64,000 bases of DNA from Patescibacteria group bacterium (GCA_018829965.1 JAHJTG010000005.1:49558-113557), one strand, 5' to 3'; numbered from the stretch's first letter, positions 19,652 through 31,400 are shown. A program made the numbers and translations. The notes: generated by a model from the sequence alone, not told the origin.

Positions 19652-20875
19652 CTAAAAACGACCGAATCTATACGGAAGCAATTTTTTATGTATCTCGCCT
19701 ATATTTTGCCTATACCATTCAAAAAAAAGATATTTAAAAACAAGGATTAATCTATTCTCTTTTTTAAATCTTCTCCATGAAATTAATAATGGTTGACTAT
19801 CCAATATCCTAAATTTACCAAAATTAGATGCCCTTTTAATATAATCAAAATCTTCTGCCATAATAATGCTCTCATCAAATAAAACCTTATTGTGAAGTTC
19901 TTTTAAAGCAAATAGGCAGAATCCGGGGCCCCTTGGATTATAATATTGGACAATTCTCAACCAGTTTTTATAAAATGCCGTGATAAATTTATCCGCTATT
20001 TTTTCGGTTGAAAAAATAAAATCTGCCACTGCGATAGAAAGCTTCTGCCGGACAAATAACTCCAAATTTTTATTGATAAAATTATTATCCGGCAAAACCA
20101 CATCTGCATCAAGAAACAAAATTATTTCACCCTTGGCTAAAGAAGCGCCATAATTTCTTGATTTAGAAATGCCCCTGACCTCCTTTTGCACTATTTTTAA
20201 CGGGAGCTGTGATTCAAAACCTTTTGCCACCTCTATTGTTTTGTCTTCGCTATGGTCATCAACAATTATAACTTCGAAATTCTTGTAGTCCTGTTTTTTT
20301 ATTGATTCCAGTAGTTTGCCGATATATTTTTCCTCGTTAAGGGCGGGTATTATTATTGAAATAAAGGGATTAGGGGATATAGAAATATTTGGATAATGCA
20401 TTTTATATAATTTCTTTTTGCAAAAAATAAAAAAATTCAAACGAAGAATGAGACACAGAGTAATTATTGATAATAAAATCGTTTGCGATGGGAAAAAACC
20501 CAACATAAGCAATCCTAAAAATCCGAGCATAATACTGTATATTTCAATATATATTTTATAATTACAGAACTCTTGCAGATAAACATCGCTGAGATATTTT
20601 TTATAAAACAGGTGAAGTGGCATTGCAAAGAAAAATACTGCTTGGAGCGAAATAATCCAAAGAAATGGTTTTGGCGTATTGATTATCAGAAAAACCAGAC
20701 AAAGTCCTATTATTGCGCAAAAAAATAGGACTGGAAGATTTATTCTTCTTTCTTTTTTAAAAAGATAATATCCTCCGTATAAAATATGAGCACAAAGCAA
20801 AAAGGTGCTTATTTTGAAAAATAGCAAATCCATTCCCGACATTTTAATTTTTATAATTTCTGCGAATATAAACAT
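19652..20875 (-). CDS. family 2 glycosyltransferase with N-terminal membrane domain
   Basis: SIIIPALNEE, VDDHSED, SRNYG, FLDAD, ED. Confidence 0.85.
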   Translation of the reverse strand: MFIFAEIIKIKMSGMDLLFFKISTFLLCAHILYGGYYLFKKERRINLPVLFFCAIIGLCLVFLIINTPKPFLWIISLQAVFFFAMPLHLFYKKYLSDVYLQEFCNYKIYIEIYSIMLGFLGLLMLGFFPSQTILLSIITLCLILRLNFFIFCKKKLYKMHYPNISISPNPFISIIIPALNEEKYIGKLLESIKKQDYKNFEVIIVDDHSEDKTIEVAKGFESQLPLKIVQKEVRGISKSRNYGASLAKGEIILFLDADVVLPDNNFINKNLELFVRQKLSIAVADFIFSTEKIADKFITAFYKNWLRIVQYYNPRGPGFCLFALKELHNKVLFDESIIMAEDFDYIKRASNFGKFRILDSQPLLISWRRFKKENRLILVFKYLFFEWYRQNIGEIHKKLLPYRFGRF

Positions 20876-20924
20876 TTTTTAAAAAGATTTTTATTTTCTC
20901 TCTTTTCTAATTTTAAATCCATTT

Positions 20925-21641
20925 TTAAATTTCGGAGTTGAAAAACTTTTTTATTTCTTTTTTTATTCTAAGCTTTATTATTGGGTCTCTTATTGACTCT
21001 AAAAAAAGCTTTGATACTTTAAACCACATTTTCGGATTTGTGCCGAATTTACTTTTGCCGCATCTTTTTAAGTTTGGGATTGTTACTTCTTTTATTTTAA
21101 ACTCCGCTTTTATTGCCTTGATATTCATCTCTGTTTCTATCTCAAAAGCATTGCTTTTCAAATCTAACTTATCCCAATCTTTCTTCTTTATTGCTCGAAA
21201 ACCAGCTAAGGGGTCAGAAACTTTAAAATTGACTAAGTAAAAATGATAAGTAAAAATTTTATAAAATTTAAAAAATCCTCTCATCATCGAGTAATCTTCT
21301 TTCATTTTTTTTTCAGAACGGCAGCCTAAAATAAGATTAGCGGTTTTAATTTTTTTTAATAATTTAGGAATATATTCTCCGGGGTCAGTGCCATCGCCAT
21401 CCATAAATATTAGAATATCTCCCTTACTTTCTTTGACGCCTTTTCTCATCTGCCATCCCTTACCCTTCCTTTTTACTCTTATCACTTTTGCCCCTAATTT
21501 TTCTGCGATAATCGGAGTATAATCATTAGAGACATCTACCACTATCACTTCTGACTTTTTTCTGATTTCTTTTGGGATAGAACAAATCGTTTTTGCAATT
21601 CCCTCCTCTTCATTTAATGTTGGGATAATAATAGATAACAT
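20925..21641 (-). CDS. family 2 glycosyltransferase (DPM synthase-like)
   Basis: SIIIPTLNEE, GKG, DGDG, DPLAGFRA, FEIETE. Confidence 0.88.
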   Translation of the reverse strand: MLSIIIPTLNEEEGIAKTICSIPKEIRKKSEVIVVDVSNDYTPIIAEKLGAKVIRVKRKGKGWQMRKGVKESKGDILIFMDGDGTDPGEYIPKLLKKIKTANLILGCRSEKKMKEDYSMMRGFFKFYKIFTYHFYLVNFKVSDPLAGFRAIKKKDWDKLDLKSNAFEIETEMNIKAIKAEFKIKEVTIPNLKRCGKSKFGTNPKMWFKVSKLFLESIRDPIIKLRIKKEIKKFFNSEI

Positions 21642-21681
21642 AGAAATAATTTTTAACTAATTTATAATAGAGAGAGTAGCC

Positions 21682-22587
21682 TTAATAAATACCCAATATC
21701 GCTAATCCAAGGACTATAAGTAATATTGAGATTATTTTTTTGATAATTAAACCTTTTGATATCCCCTCTTTTAAAATTTTAGGATAAAAATATGAAAAGA
21801 ATAAAGTTATCAAAAAAAGAAAAACGTATTGAATTCCTCTTAAAGAATTTACAATTGGCAAAAAAGATATTGGAGCCAAAAATATAGAGAAGCTTTGAAG
21901 AAAGTTCGCTATTCCACCAGATGCTTGTCCGCAGAAAAACATAATTCTTGTTTTCCCTATTAATAAATTTTGTTTTCTAAATATTTCTTTTCTAAAATTA
22001 GAATTGAGGACAAAAAATAAAACGAACATAAAGCTAAATATCCTCATCCAGATGAACCCTTGCAGAAACGGCTGATTCAAAAAGACAAATTTAGAAAAAA
22101 TATATTCTAAAGAAAACATTAAGGCTGCAAAAAGGGTGATTTTTAAATAATTCCTTGATATTTTAATGTTCTTTTCAAATGATATAATACTACTCCCTAT
22201 CAATAATATAATGAAGGCTAAAAGATCTGTACCTTTTAATGATTGATTGCTCCAGAATATAAATGTCAAAATAAAAATAAATATCGGCTGGACAGCTCCA
22301 ATAGTTGGTATAACCCTAGAAACATCAAATCTTTCCAGGGCGACAAACATAGAATATAAGCCAACTATAAAAACAATGGCCTCCATAATTATCCAAGGCA
22401 AAGATGCGATATTAGGTAGACCGAAATTAGCAAATGGTATCAATAAAACTACTAATATATTCAAAACTCCTATATAAAAAACATAAGATTTCGGCTGCGG
22501 CGGTCCGCTTAAAACTAACTTATCTGCTAAAGAAGCTATACTAAAAAACAAACAAGCTAAAATTATTATCGGAATCCAGTATGCCAT
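21682..22587 (-). CDS. DMT/EamA-like membrane transporter
   Basis: About 10 hydrophobic segments in two repeats. Confidence 0.65.
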   Translation of the reverse strand: MAYWIPIIILACLFFSIASLADKLVLSGPPQPKSYVFYIGVLNILVVLLIPFANFGLPNIASLPWIIMEAIVFIVGLYSMFVALERFDVSRVIPTIGAVQPIFIFILTFIFWSNQSLKGTDLLAFIILLIGSSIISFEKNIKISRNYLKITLFAALMFSLEYIFSKFVFLNQPFLQGFIWMRIFSFMFVLFFVLNSNFRKEIFRKQNLLIGKTRIMFFCGQASGGIANFLQSFSIFLAPISFLPIVNSLRGIQYVFLFLITLFFSYFYPKILKEGISKGLIIKKIISILLIVLGLAILGIY

Positions 22588-22609
22588 AATTTTTATATCT
22601 ATTTAAAGC

Positions 22610-23476
22610 CTAATTATCAATTAAAGAATTAACAATTAAACTTGAGATATCAACATTAACACCATTGCACTTTATAGTGTTTGTCAAAAACAACTCGTCG
22701 TAAATGTTATTTATTTTATCTACGCCACTCTGGAGTACTCCGTGGGTAATCATAGCGATTGTCTTCAAAGCGCCAAAATCTTTACATTTTTTGTGGACAC
22801 AAACCATTGTGCCACCGGTCTCAACCATATCATCAATTACGCCAACTATCTTTCCCTTAATGTCTTTTTCGAAATTTTTATCGCAAGATATTTCTATATC
22901 ATATGAATTTTTTCGCTTTTTTATAAATCCAGGTAAATTATTTCTTCTAGCCGACCCAGCATCAGGAGCAATAAAAAATACCTCTGGATATTTGTCAGAA
23001 ACGGCTTTCTTAAGAATACCGACACCAGATATGTGCTCTATAGGATATTTACTAACCCAATCTTTGCCTTTAAAATGAGTGTCAACGATGTATATTTTTT
23101 TCACTCCATAGATATTAATCCATTTTTTAATTAAAACTTCGGCAGCGTTTATTTCACCGTTTTTGAATACTGAATCTTGCCTTCCATATGGAAAATAGGT
23201 GATAAAAAGCTCAACTGGATTCATCCGCCTATCTTTTAATAAATTTAGTACAAACTCTAACTCTACAAGACCATCGTTTGGATTAGGAGCACCGGAATGC
23301 AGAACGACTATCTTTCTTTTACAAAGTTTTCCAAGATTTACATATACCTCTCCATCTGGAAAATATCTTTGGCTATTTTTATTCTTTCCTATGTAATGGA
23401 TATGAAAATCCGGATTTTTTGATAAAATCCTAGCGATATGCTCTGAATTTAAGGTTGGGATAAGGTCTATCTTCAT
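22610..23476 (-). CDS. prs: ribose-phosphate pyrophosphokinase-like protein
   Basis: FPDGE, FPYGRQD, APDAG, IDDMVETGGT, THG. Confidence 0.8.
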   Translation of the reverse strand: MKIDLIPTLNSEHIARILSKNPDFHIHYIGKNKNSQRYFPDGEVYVNLGKLCKRKIVVLHSGAPNPNDGLVELEFVLNLLKDRRMNPVELFITYFPYGRQDSVFKNGEINAAEVLIKKWINIYGVKKIYIVDTHFKGKDWVSKYPIEHISGVGILKKAVSDKYPEVFFIAPDAGSARRNNLPGFIKKRKNSYDIEISCDKNFEKDIKGKIVGVIDDMVETGGTMVCVHKKCKDFGALKTIAMITHGVLQSGVDKINNIYDELFLTNTIKCNGVNVDISSLIVNSLIDN

Positions 23477-24471
23477 TATTTTAAAAACAACTTTTTTGCT
23501 TCATTCCATATTTCTGGCTGATTTTGTTTATCTTTTAACCAATACCACCACTCTGCTCCCCAAAGATAAAAAGTATCTAAACCAGTCTTTTTAGCAAATT
23601 CAATATTATATTTAAACTTTTCCAGGTCCATTGTTTTTGTTTGTTCTTTTAATGACAAACTATATAAAAGCACTGGTCCCCACGGTTCGGCTTGCAACTC
23701 TACACATTGTACTTCTTTCCCGAATAACATATTTATTAATTTTGCCCTCCACCAATAATATAGAGGAGGGAACGGCGCATGAAAATAAATACCCAATTCT
23801 TTCGACCAAACATTTTTATACATGGTTGTTCCGACTATATCCCCTATTTTTGCCGGTTTTAGCCAAAAAGAAAATTCTCCTGTGTCTGAAATTATAATTG
23901 GTTTTTTGCTGTCAAGCGATTTTACTAAAACAACTTCTTTTTTTAGAAAATTTATATCAACCTTAGGGCATTCGCCAAAGGGAAAAAATGGTTCGTTCTC
24001 AACCTGCCATGAAATAACTGATAGAGAATTTTTATACCTTTGGACTATTTTTTCAAGATATTTTAATATCTCTTGCTCTCTTTCTTCTTTTGATAAAGAA
24101 CTTGCCCAATCGGGGATATGACATTCGGGCCAACGACCAGTTTTCATGCCAATTACCATTATAATTTTTACATTATGTTTTTCTGCCTCTTTTATTTGCC
24201 AATCAACATCATCAAAGTAGTAGTCTTCTTTCTTACCATTAATCCAATCCCAGGAAATAACCAATTTAAGGTTTTTTACACCAAGGTCTTCAATGAGCGC
24301 TGAATAAGCCTTTTTCCAATCAAGTTTTAAATTTTCTGTATGCATCTGGGAAAAATTCACTCCCCAAAGAATTTCTTTCTGTTGTGGTCCACGACCCAAG
24401 AAAAAATAAACGACAAAAACTATAAATAAAAAAATTGAAATTGAAACAATCATTTTTGTTCTTTTTTTCAT
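23476..24471 (-). CDS. membrane-anchored glycoside hydrolase (clan GH-A-like)
   Basis: N-terminal TM, WQVENEP (acid/base), ELQAEPW (nucleophile), LWGAEWW. Confidence 0.7.
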   Translation of the reverse strand: MKKRTKMIVSISIFLFIVFVVYFFLGRGPQQKEILWGVNFSQMHTENLKLDWKKAYSALIEDLGVKNLKLVISWDWINGKKEDYYFDDVDWQIKEAEKHNVKIIMVIGMKTGRWPECHIPDWASSLSKEEREQEILKYLEKIVQRYKNSLSVISWQVENEPFFPFGECPKVDINFLKKEVVLVKSLDSKKPIIISDTGEFSFWLKPAKIGDIVGTTMYKNVWSKELGIYFHAPFPPLYYWWRAKLINMLFGKEVQCVELQAEPWGPVLLYSLSLKEQTKTMDLEKFKYNIEFAKKTGLDTFYLWGAEWWYWLKDKQNQPEIWNEAKKLFLK

Positions 24472-24496
24472 TATTTATTAGAAATAATTTTTTCTA

Positions 24497-24644
24497 CCTT
24501 CGCACTAATTTTGCGACAAAAATTTATTATCATTTTAAGAATCTTTAAATATTAATTTTCGTGGTGGCGTGCTTCGCCCAACAAAGGATGTGCTATCCGC
24601 ACACGCACGCCACAAAAAATTCTACGGCAAAATTAGTGCGGAGT
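24497..24644. repeat. inverted-repeat element with a nested GC-rich core
   Basis: cgcactaattttgc (24501-24514) / gcaaaattagtgcg (24627-24640); core gcttcgcccaacaa also found inside 49381-49532. Confidence 0.6.
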
Positions 24645-25970
24645 TTCAATCGCTATCGCTCGCTCAATATTATAAGTTCCCATTTTTTCTATTTCTACAA
24701 ATCCCTGCATAGCCATTTCAGCTAATGTCCCTCCTTCTAACAAATCAGTGAGCCATTCGTCAGTATGATTCGGATTTTCCTGGATAAACCCTGCACCTAC
24801 GTGTAAAAGCCATTTTTTATTAAAATCCTCTTGAGAGCCAATTGATGGAGCAATAATAATTGGGATGCCTAACCCTGCATAAAATGAAAGTTCCGACGGT
24901 TTTGTCCAAAGAATATCTGTTTTTCTTAATTTTTGATTAAATTCTGTAAAATAATTATTTATGTTATCTTTAAAAATTATTTCGATATTTCTATTAATCT
25001 CTTCTTTTAATCCAATAGTTTCAAGATTTTCTAAAAGATAATTTTTAACATTCTCTTTAATACCGGCAGAAAATATTAGCTTTATTTTGCCTGTCTGTAT
25101 CTTTTGTTTTAAACTTTTTGCTATTTTCACACCCATCTCTTTCTGTGCCCCCGCTCCGCCTATCGAAAACATTATAGTCAAAGGATGGTTTGATTTCTCC
25201 GGCAATTTACCGATATAGTCTTCTATCACGGGGTGGTACATTTTATAATATTCTCCTTTTGGGTCAAGATTTAGAAGTCGATGCGCTAAATCTTCTTTTA
25301 CAATTTCCATTTCTTCAGTACCAATATTTTCCTTAGGCATAGGATAGCCGGTTAAAAATATGTTTTCTTTTCTTATGCCGTAAAGCTTCAACCTTTCAAA
25401 TGTCCAAGAGTTAGGAGTAAAATATTTTATTCTACTCTCGAATGGTTTTAAAGAAGCCCAAGGACGAGCAATATCAGCATCACAAATAACGCAATAAATA
25501 TCATTCGGATATTTAAATTCCTCTGCCATAAAAGCAGGGGCAAAGAATGTACTAATAATAGGTAAAGGATTGCCAGCTAACGTTTTAATCAAGTTTTCTC
25601 CCCATCCTTTTCTAATTAGAGAAAATACAACCTTAAGACTAGCATTGGGTCTAGATAAATCTCTTTTAGGATAATAGTTAAAGATTTTCTGGAATTTATT
25701 GAAAATAGCAAAAGCCCAATTACCAATTATTGGGATTCGTTTGATATTTGAAATAAATTCATAAAAACCTCTACTATATTCCCAAATCTTCTTATCTTTT
25801 TCCGGAATACCATCGTAAGTATTAGCATTAATAATACTATTGGCACTTAAATCTTTTAATGGATACGCAGTCCTCTGGTGTCCGTAACCCATATTAACTG
25901 AAATTATCCAAGCCCTCCCAATTTTTCCTTCGGAAAATTTAGGTGGGTAAACTTTGTTTGTTTGATTCAT
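24633..25970 (-). CDS. conserved hypothetical protein, GT-B glycosyltransferase-like
   Basis: MGYGHQR, GGAG, DILWTKPSELSFY, PIGSQE-like motifs resemble MurG/MGDG-synthase-type folds. Confidence 0.55.
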   Translation of the reverse strand: MNQTNKVYPPKFSEGKIGRAWIISVNMGYGHQRTAYPLKDLSANSIINANTYDGIPEKDKKIWEYSRGFYEFISNIKRIPIIGNWAFAIFNKFQKIFNYYPKRDLSRPNASLKVVFSLIRKGWGENLIKTLAGNPLPIISTFFAPAFMAEEFKYPNDIYCVICDADIARPWASLKPFESRIKYFTPNSWTFERLKLYGIRKENIFLTGYPMPKENIGTEEMEIVKEDLAHRLLNLDPKGEYYKMYHPVIEDYIGKLPEKSNHPLTIMFSIGGAGAQKEMGVKIAKSLKQKIQTGKIKLIFSAGIKENVKNYLLENLETIGLKEEINRNIEIIFKDNINNYFTEFNQKLRKTDILWTKPSELSFYAGLGIPIIIAPSIGSQEDFNKKWLLHVGAGFIQENPNHTDEWLTDLLEGGTLAEMAMQGFVEIEKMGTYNIERAIAIETPH

Positions 25971-26160
25971 AGGATATTTTTATTTAGAATTTAGAGTATA
26001 GAATTAAGGAGCTAAGCTCCTTTTAGGATTTTGGAATTAGAAATTAGTCATTTATTCTATTATAATTGTGAATGAGGAAAAAGTAAAAGAATAAATTCTT
26101 TTACTTTGACCGAACGAGACAATTATATGAATATGTGAATATTTCACATATTCATATACA

Positions 26161-27669
26161 TCAATAATCCAAAAACTTTAATCTTTCTCTTTTCTTAAGC
26201 CAAACTACAAAGATGCTTAATAGAAGATATAAAATTATTAGCCAGCTCCAATGAACGTTTTCAACTGATTTTATCGCCCACGGCTGGGAAAAAATATCTA
26301 TCACTTTTAATATATAAACAATTAAAAACCAACAAGGCCAAATAAAAATCCAACCCAAAGCACCCCAAATTGTGCTTAAAATTCCAAATATGAAACCAAG
26401 AATCATTACTCAGTCAACAATCGGCACAACTAAGATATTAGTTATGGGAGCAATTAAAGAAATCTGGCCAAAGTTATAAATTAAAATCGGCAAAGTAAAA
26501 ATTTGCGCAGACAAAGTAGCAGAAATAATACTCCTTAAATTTATAAATTTTTCTTGCGGGATAAATTTTAAAAAACTTTCAATCGGTTTTGACAATAAAA
26601 CAATACCCAATATTGCTAAAAAAGAGAGCTGGAAGCCAATATTCCACCTTAAAAGCATTGGATTTAATAAAAGCATAATCGTAGCGGTAATTACTATCGC
26701 GCGAGTGCTTGTTGATAATCTGCCAAACTTTTGAGCTAAAAGCATAATTGCGCCCATAATTCCGGCTCTTACAACCGAAGGTTGAAATCCAATCATTGCG
26801 ACAAAAAGAAATATGAAAATTACTGTCAAATAAAAGGCTTGGTTTCTCCAAAGGCCAATACCTAAAAATAAACTCATTAATACGCTACATATAATTGCAA
26901 CGTTCATTCCCGATATAGCGGTTATATGGCGAAGACCAGTGGTATTTAATTTCTCTTTAAATTCTTCCGAAAAACTAGCTTGGTCCCCTAAAAGTATTCC
27001 TGAAAGCAACTTGCTTTCTGTAAAAGAGAAGTTTTGATTAATATTTTCCCTGATTTTATTCTTAAATTTCAAAATTTGGCCGTAGCTAAATTGCCAGAAG
27101 TTTGAATAGTCTTCTTTTGCAAATAACTCTATTTCTGGCCAATCTATTAAAGAAAAAATTCCTTTTTTAGCTAAATAATCCTTATAATCAAAGCCTTCAA
27201 ATTGTTGCGGTGTTTTTAATAACCCTTTAATTAATATAACATCAGCATAATTATATCCCGGATATTTATTCGTCTTTATCAAAACCTTGCCAGAAACTGG
27301 AAAAACTTCATTCTTAATCAATATTTTCTCAGTACTAATAACCAATTGAACGGTGTTTTCCCTTACATCTGGTTCGGTTAAAATCTTGCCTGCTAAAATA
27401 ATTTCTTTGTCATTGTACTGCCTTAATCCGCTATCTTTAAGACGAATATTTGCTATTTGATAACGCCAAACACCGAATAATACAAAAATCAGACAGAAAC
27501 TAATTACTATAATTATTTTGTTTCCCTTTAAAAAAGAAACTGAAATCGCAAACACTCCTAGAAATAAAAGCCCCGACAAATAAAGTTGGGGTATAAAAAT
27601 TAGAGAACCAACAAAAATTCCTGCGATTAAACTTAAACAAAAATAGAAAAGTATTTTTGACGGAGTCAT
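26161..27669 (-). pseudogene. comEC: ComEC/Rec2 competence protein interrupted by an in-frame TGA
   Basis: GLRHITAISGMN, PSVVRAGIM, GFQLSF; ORFs 26410-27669 and 26161-26406 are in the same frame, joined by GAC TGA GTA ATG. Confidence 0.8.
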
Positions 27670-27717
27670 TTCATTCTTTTATACTTGATAAGACTGCCAT
27701 GGCATTGATACCGAGTA

Positions 27718-28446
27718 TTAACGAATTTCACAGATTTTAAAAAACGGGGATATTTCTTTTTTGACAGAAATTAACCATTCTTCGGGGTATGGCTTTATTT
27801 TTTCAAAACTGGAATCAATTGTTTTTTCCGGACGAAAGTTTTGTAAATAATATTTAACATTTGTTCCTCCTATCCATTTTGCAATTTCTAAGAAATCTTC
27901 TTTTTTATTAACAGTCGGCACCGCCGTCGTCCTGAATTCAAAGTCAATTTTCCCTTTTCTTAATATCTCAACACTTTTTTTAATCTCCTTTTCGTATTTT
28001 TGGATTTGGGATTTGGGGGTTTTTTGGGATTTAGGATTTAGGATTTGGGATTTAAACACCAAAGGGGTTTTGATATCCATCGCCACATAATCTATCAACT
28101 TCTTGTCTATTAATTTTTCTAACATTTCTGGATTTGAACCATTAGTATCTAATTTCACTAAAAAACCCATTTTTTTTATTTTCTTTATAAGCTCTGGTAA
28201 ATCTTTATTCATACTCGGCTCTCCTCCGCAGATCACAACTCCTTCTAACAATCCCTTTCTGCTTTCTAAAAAATCAAAAACTTCCTTCTCTGTTATTCTT
28301 GGTTGTTTTTTTATTTTTTCCGGTAAAACCAATTCTGGGGAATAGCACCATGGGCAAAAAAAATTGCAACCGGAAATAAAAACCGTGCAAGCTAACTTGC
28401 CCGGAAAATCAATGAGAGTATTTTTTTGTAACCCTCCAATTATCAT
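27718..28446 (-). CDS. nrdG: anaerobic ribonucleotide reductase activating protein (radical SAM)
   Basis: GCNFFCPWC, GGEP, KLDTNGS; directly downstream of nrdD. Confidence 0.9.
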   Translation of the reverse strand: MIIGGLQKNTLIDFPGKLACTVFISGCNFFCPWCYSPELVLPEKIKKQPRITEKEVFDFLESRKGLLEGVVICGGEPSMNKDLPELIKKIKKMGFLVKLDTNGSNPEMLEKLIDKKLIDYVAMDIKTPLVFKSQILNPKSQKTPKSQIQKYEKEIKKSVEILRKGKIDFEFRTTAVPTVNKKEDFLEIAKWIGGTNVKYYLQNFRPEKTIDSSFEKIKPYPEEWLISVKKEISPFFKICEIR

Positions 28447-28456
28447 ATTAAGTTAT

Positions 28457-31400
28457 TTAAATGAATTGCCCCGGTGTTATTTTATATTCCTTCCTCTCTT
28501 TATACTCCTGCTTTTTCCCTTTATGCCATTGTTGTATGGGACGGTAATATCCGACCACCCTAGAATAAACTTCGCAAGGTTGCTTAACCAGACATTTCGG
28601 ACACTCAAAATGTTCTCCATCTAAATATCCGTGAGAGGGACAAATTGAAAAAGTCGGAGTTAAAGTAACATATGGTAAATGAAATTTTTCAAAAACTTTT
28701 TTAATTAATTTTTTTGCCATTTCAGGGTCAGAAATTCTTTCTCCTAAAAATAAGTGCAAAACCGTTCCGCCTGTATATTTAGTCTGTAAATCATCTTGAA
28801 GCTTTAATGCTTCAAAAATGTCATCGGTATAATTAACGGGAAGATGAGTTGAATTAGTATAATAAGGAAGTTCTTTTGTACCAGCAGTGACAATGTCTGG
28901 ATATTTTTCTTTGTCAGTTTTTGCTTGCCTATAAGATGTTCCTTCGCCGGGAGTAGCCTCCAGATTATACATATTTCCAGTTTCTTCCTGAATTTGTACT
29001 AATTTATCTCGCATAAAATCTAAAACTTCTAAAGCAAACTTCTTACCGCGCTTTGACCCGATATCTTCTCCGAGAAAGTTTAACAAAGCCTCATTCATTC
29101 CAATCAAACCAATTGTAGAAAAATGGTTTCCGAAATATGAATCCCTCATCTTCTTAACCGAGGATAAATAATGTTTAGAATAGGGATAAAGTCCTTTTTC
29201 TATAAAGTTTTCTAAAGCTTTTCTTTTTATTTCTAAACTTTCTTTGGCTAGCTCCATAAGACGATCCAATCTGCTAAAAAAATCTTTTTTAGTTTTTGAC
29301 AAATATCCGATGCGAGGTAAATTTATTGTCACCACACCAACAGATCCGGTTAAAGGGTTAGCTCCAAAAAGCCCGCCTCCTCTCTTGTAAAGCTCCCTGT
29401 TGTCCAATCTTAATCGGCAACAATTATGCGTAATAATTCCATTTGCTAATTGAAAAATATGGCCTTTACTGCCTAACTCAAAATCATAAACATAGCCCGT
29501 ATATTTTTGTCTTTCAATTTTAACGATTTTAATACCATAAAAATCTTTATATAATTTGTATTTTAAACTTTTGCCTCTTTTAAGTTTAAAATAAGACATA
29601 AGCCAATCGGGATAATCATTCGTTAATCTTAAAGAATAGCCAATTTTTTCTATATCTCCAGTTTTATTTTTAGATTCAAAATAAGTTGCATTAACCCCTA
29701 AACTTCTCGCTAATGTCATTGTGTCTATAACAAGATTTTTATTGCCTATATGTAAAACAACTACATTTTTAACAAAACCGTCGCTTTCAATTATCCCAAC
29801 AAAAACTCCTCTTCTAAACTCAATAGAACGAGCAAATATTTTAGAATTTAACCTTTTAACTAATGAGCCGTCTCCACGTACATATTCTTTTGTTAGTTCA
29901 ACTACTGATTTGCTCGCAACCGATACTTTCACATAAGAATGATCGTCGTTCAAAAAAATTGTAGCTTTTACACCGAATCTTTTCTCAACGATAGATTTAA
30001 TAAATTTTGCAAAATGAACCTCATTTTTGTTAAAAACAAAATTTGCAGTTGCGCCATTATGAGATACCCAACCATCTCCAATATAAAGACCAATTAATCT
30101 CCCTAAATCAAAATCTCCAAGTTCTCCATTATAAGGATATTTAGCAATAGGAAATTCGTCACCAATTTTTATATCCCTACTTTCTTTAATAACAATTTTG
30201 CCACCTTTAATAACAGCTGAAGGGTGATCTAAAGTCATTTTATCAATTAATCCATTATCTAATGTTAATTTCAAAATTTCTTCATTTTCCAATTTTATCT
30301 TTATAACATCCTTTACTGGTTCAAATTTCCCATTTATAAGCACATCAATTGGGTTATCTCTTTTTATAAAATCATCTACTATCCTTCTAATTTCTGTCTT
30401 AGCAATTATACCATTTGCATTTCTATAAATAATTTGCGTAGATGGTAATTTGCACATCGAACGCGCGTCTTCCGGGTTCATATCTGATTGAATAAAATTG
30501 GAGAAGTAATTTACTCCATATTTTGCAGTTGCCTCCCACAATGGTTTTAAAACAGGGTTGTCCCAATCAAAATCTTTTGTTATAGAAACTGTTGGAATTG
30601 GGAACGTAAAAGGCTTGCCAGTAGCATCCCCTTCCATTAAGCCTTCGTAGAAAGCCCTTATAAGCATATTCATTTCTTCTTGAAATTCTCCGTATATTTC
30701 TTTTTGGGGCTTCCCGCCTACAATTACGGGCTGTTTGGCTAAAAATGACGGCGCTTTAATGTCTAAAGTTACGTTTAAAAATGGCGTTTGAAATCCAACT
30801 CGGGTCGGCACCATGCAACTGTACAAAAACTCTTGCATTGCCTGTTTTACTTGAGGATATGTTAAGCCATCATAACGAATAAAAGGAGCCAGGAGCGTAT
30901 CAAAATTAGAAACAGCGTTAGCACCTGCAGTTTCACCCTGTACGGTATAAAGGAAGTTAACTAATTGACCTAAAGCAGTTCTTAAATGTTTTGCTGGTCT
31001 ACACTCTATCTTTCCTACCACGCCTCCAAAACCTCTCATCAGTAAGTCATAAAGATCCCATCCCATACAATACGGCGCTAAAATCTCTAAATTATGAATA
31101 TGGAAATCTTCTTCAGCCGCCGCCTCTCTTATTTCCTTTGGATAGATTTTATTAAGCCAATACTTTTTTGAAATATAAGAACCGACATATTGGTTCAATC
31201 CTTGTAAAGAAAAGGTCATATTGGCATTCTCATTGACTTGCCAATCAACTTCTTGTAAGTAACTATCTATCTTTTCGCTTGATTCATCAACAGCTTTTGT
31301 CGCTTCTCTTATTTTTCTTCTTTGTTCCCTGTAAAGAATGTAAGCTTTTGCGGTTTCTACATATCCTTCCAAAATCAAAACCTCTTCAACCACATCTTGA

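Noticed and set aside
26410-26412. Genetic code 25 or 4 (TGA recoded) as the reason for the comEC stop
   Set aside because: TGA ends several genes at their expected C-termini (e.g. rnj, htrA, tsaC), and long genes such as rpoBC contain no internal TGA.
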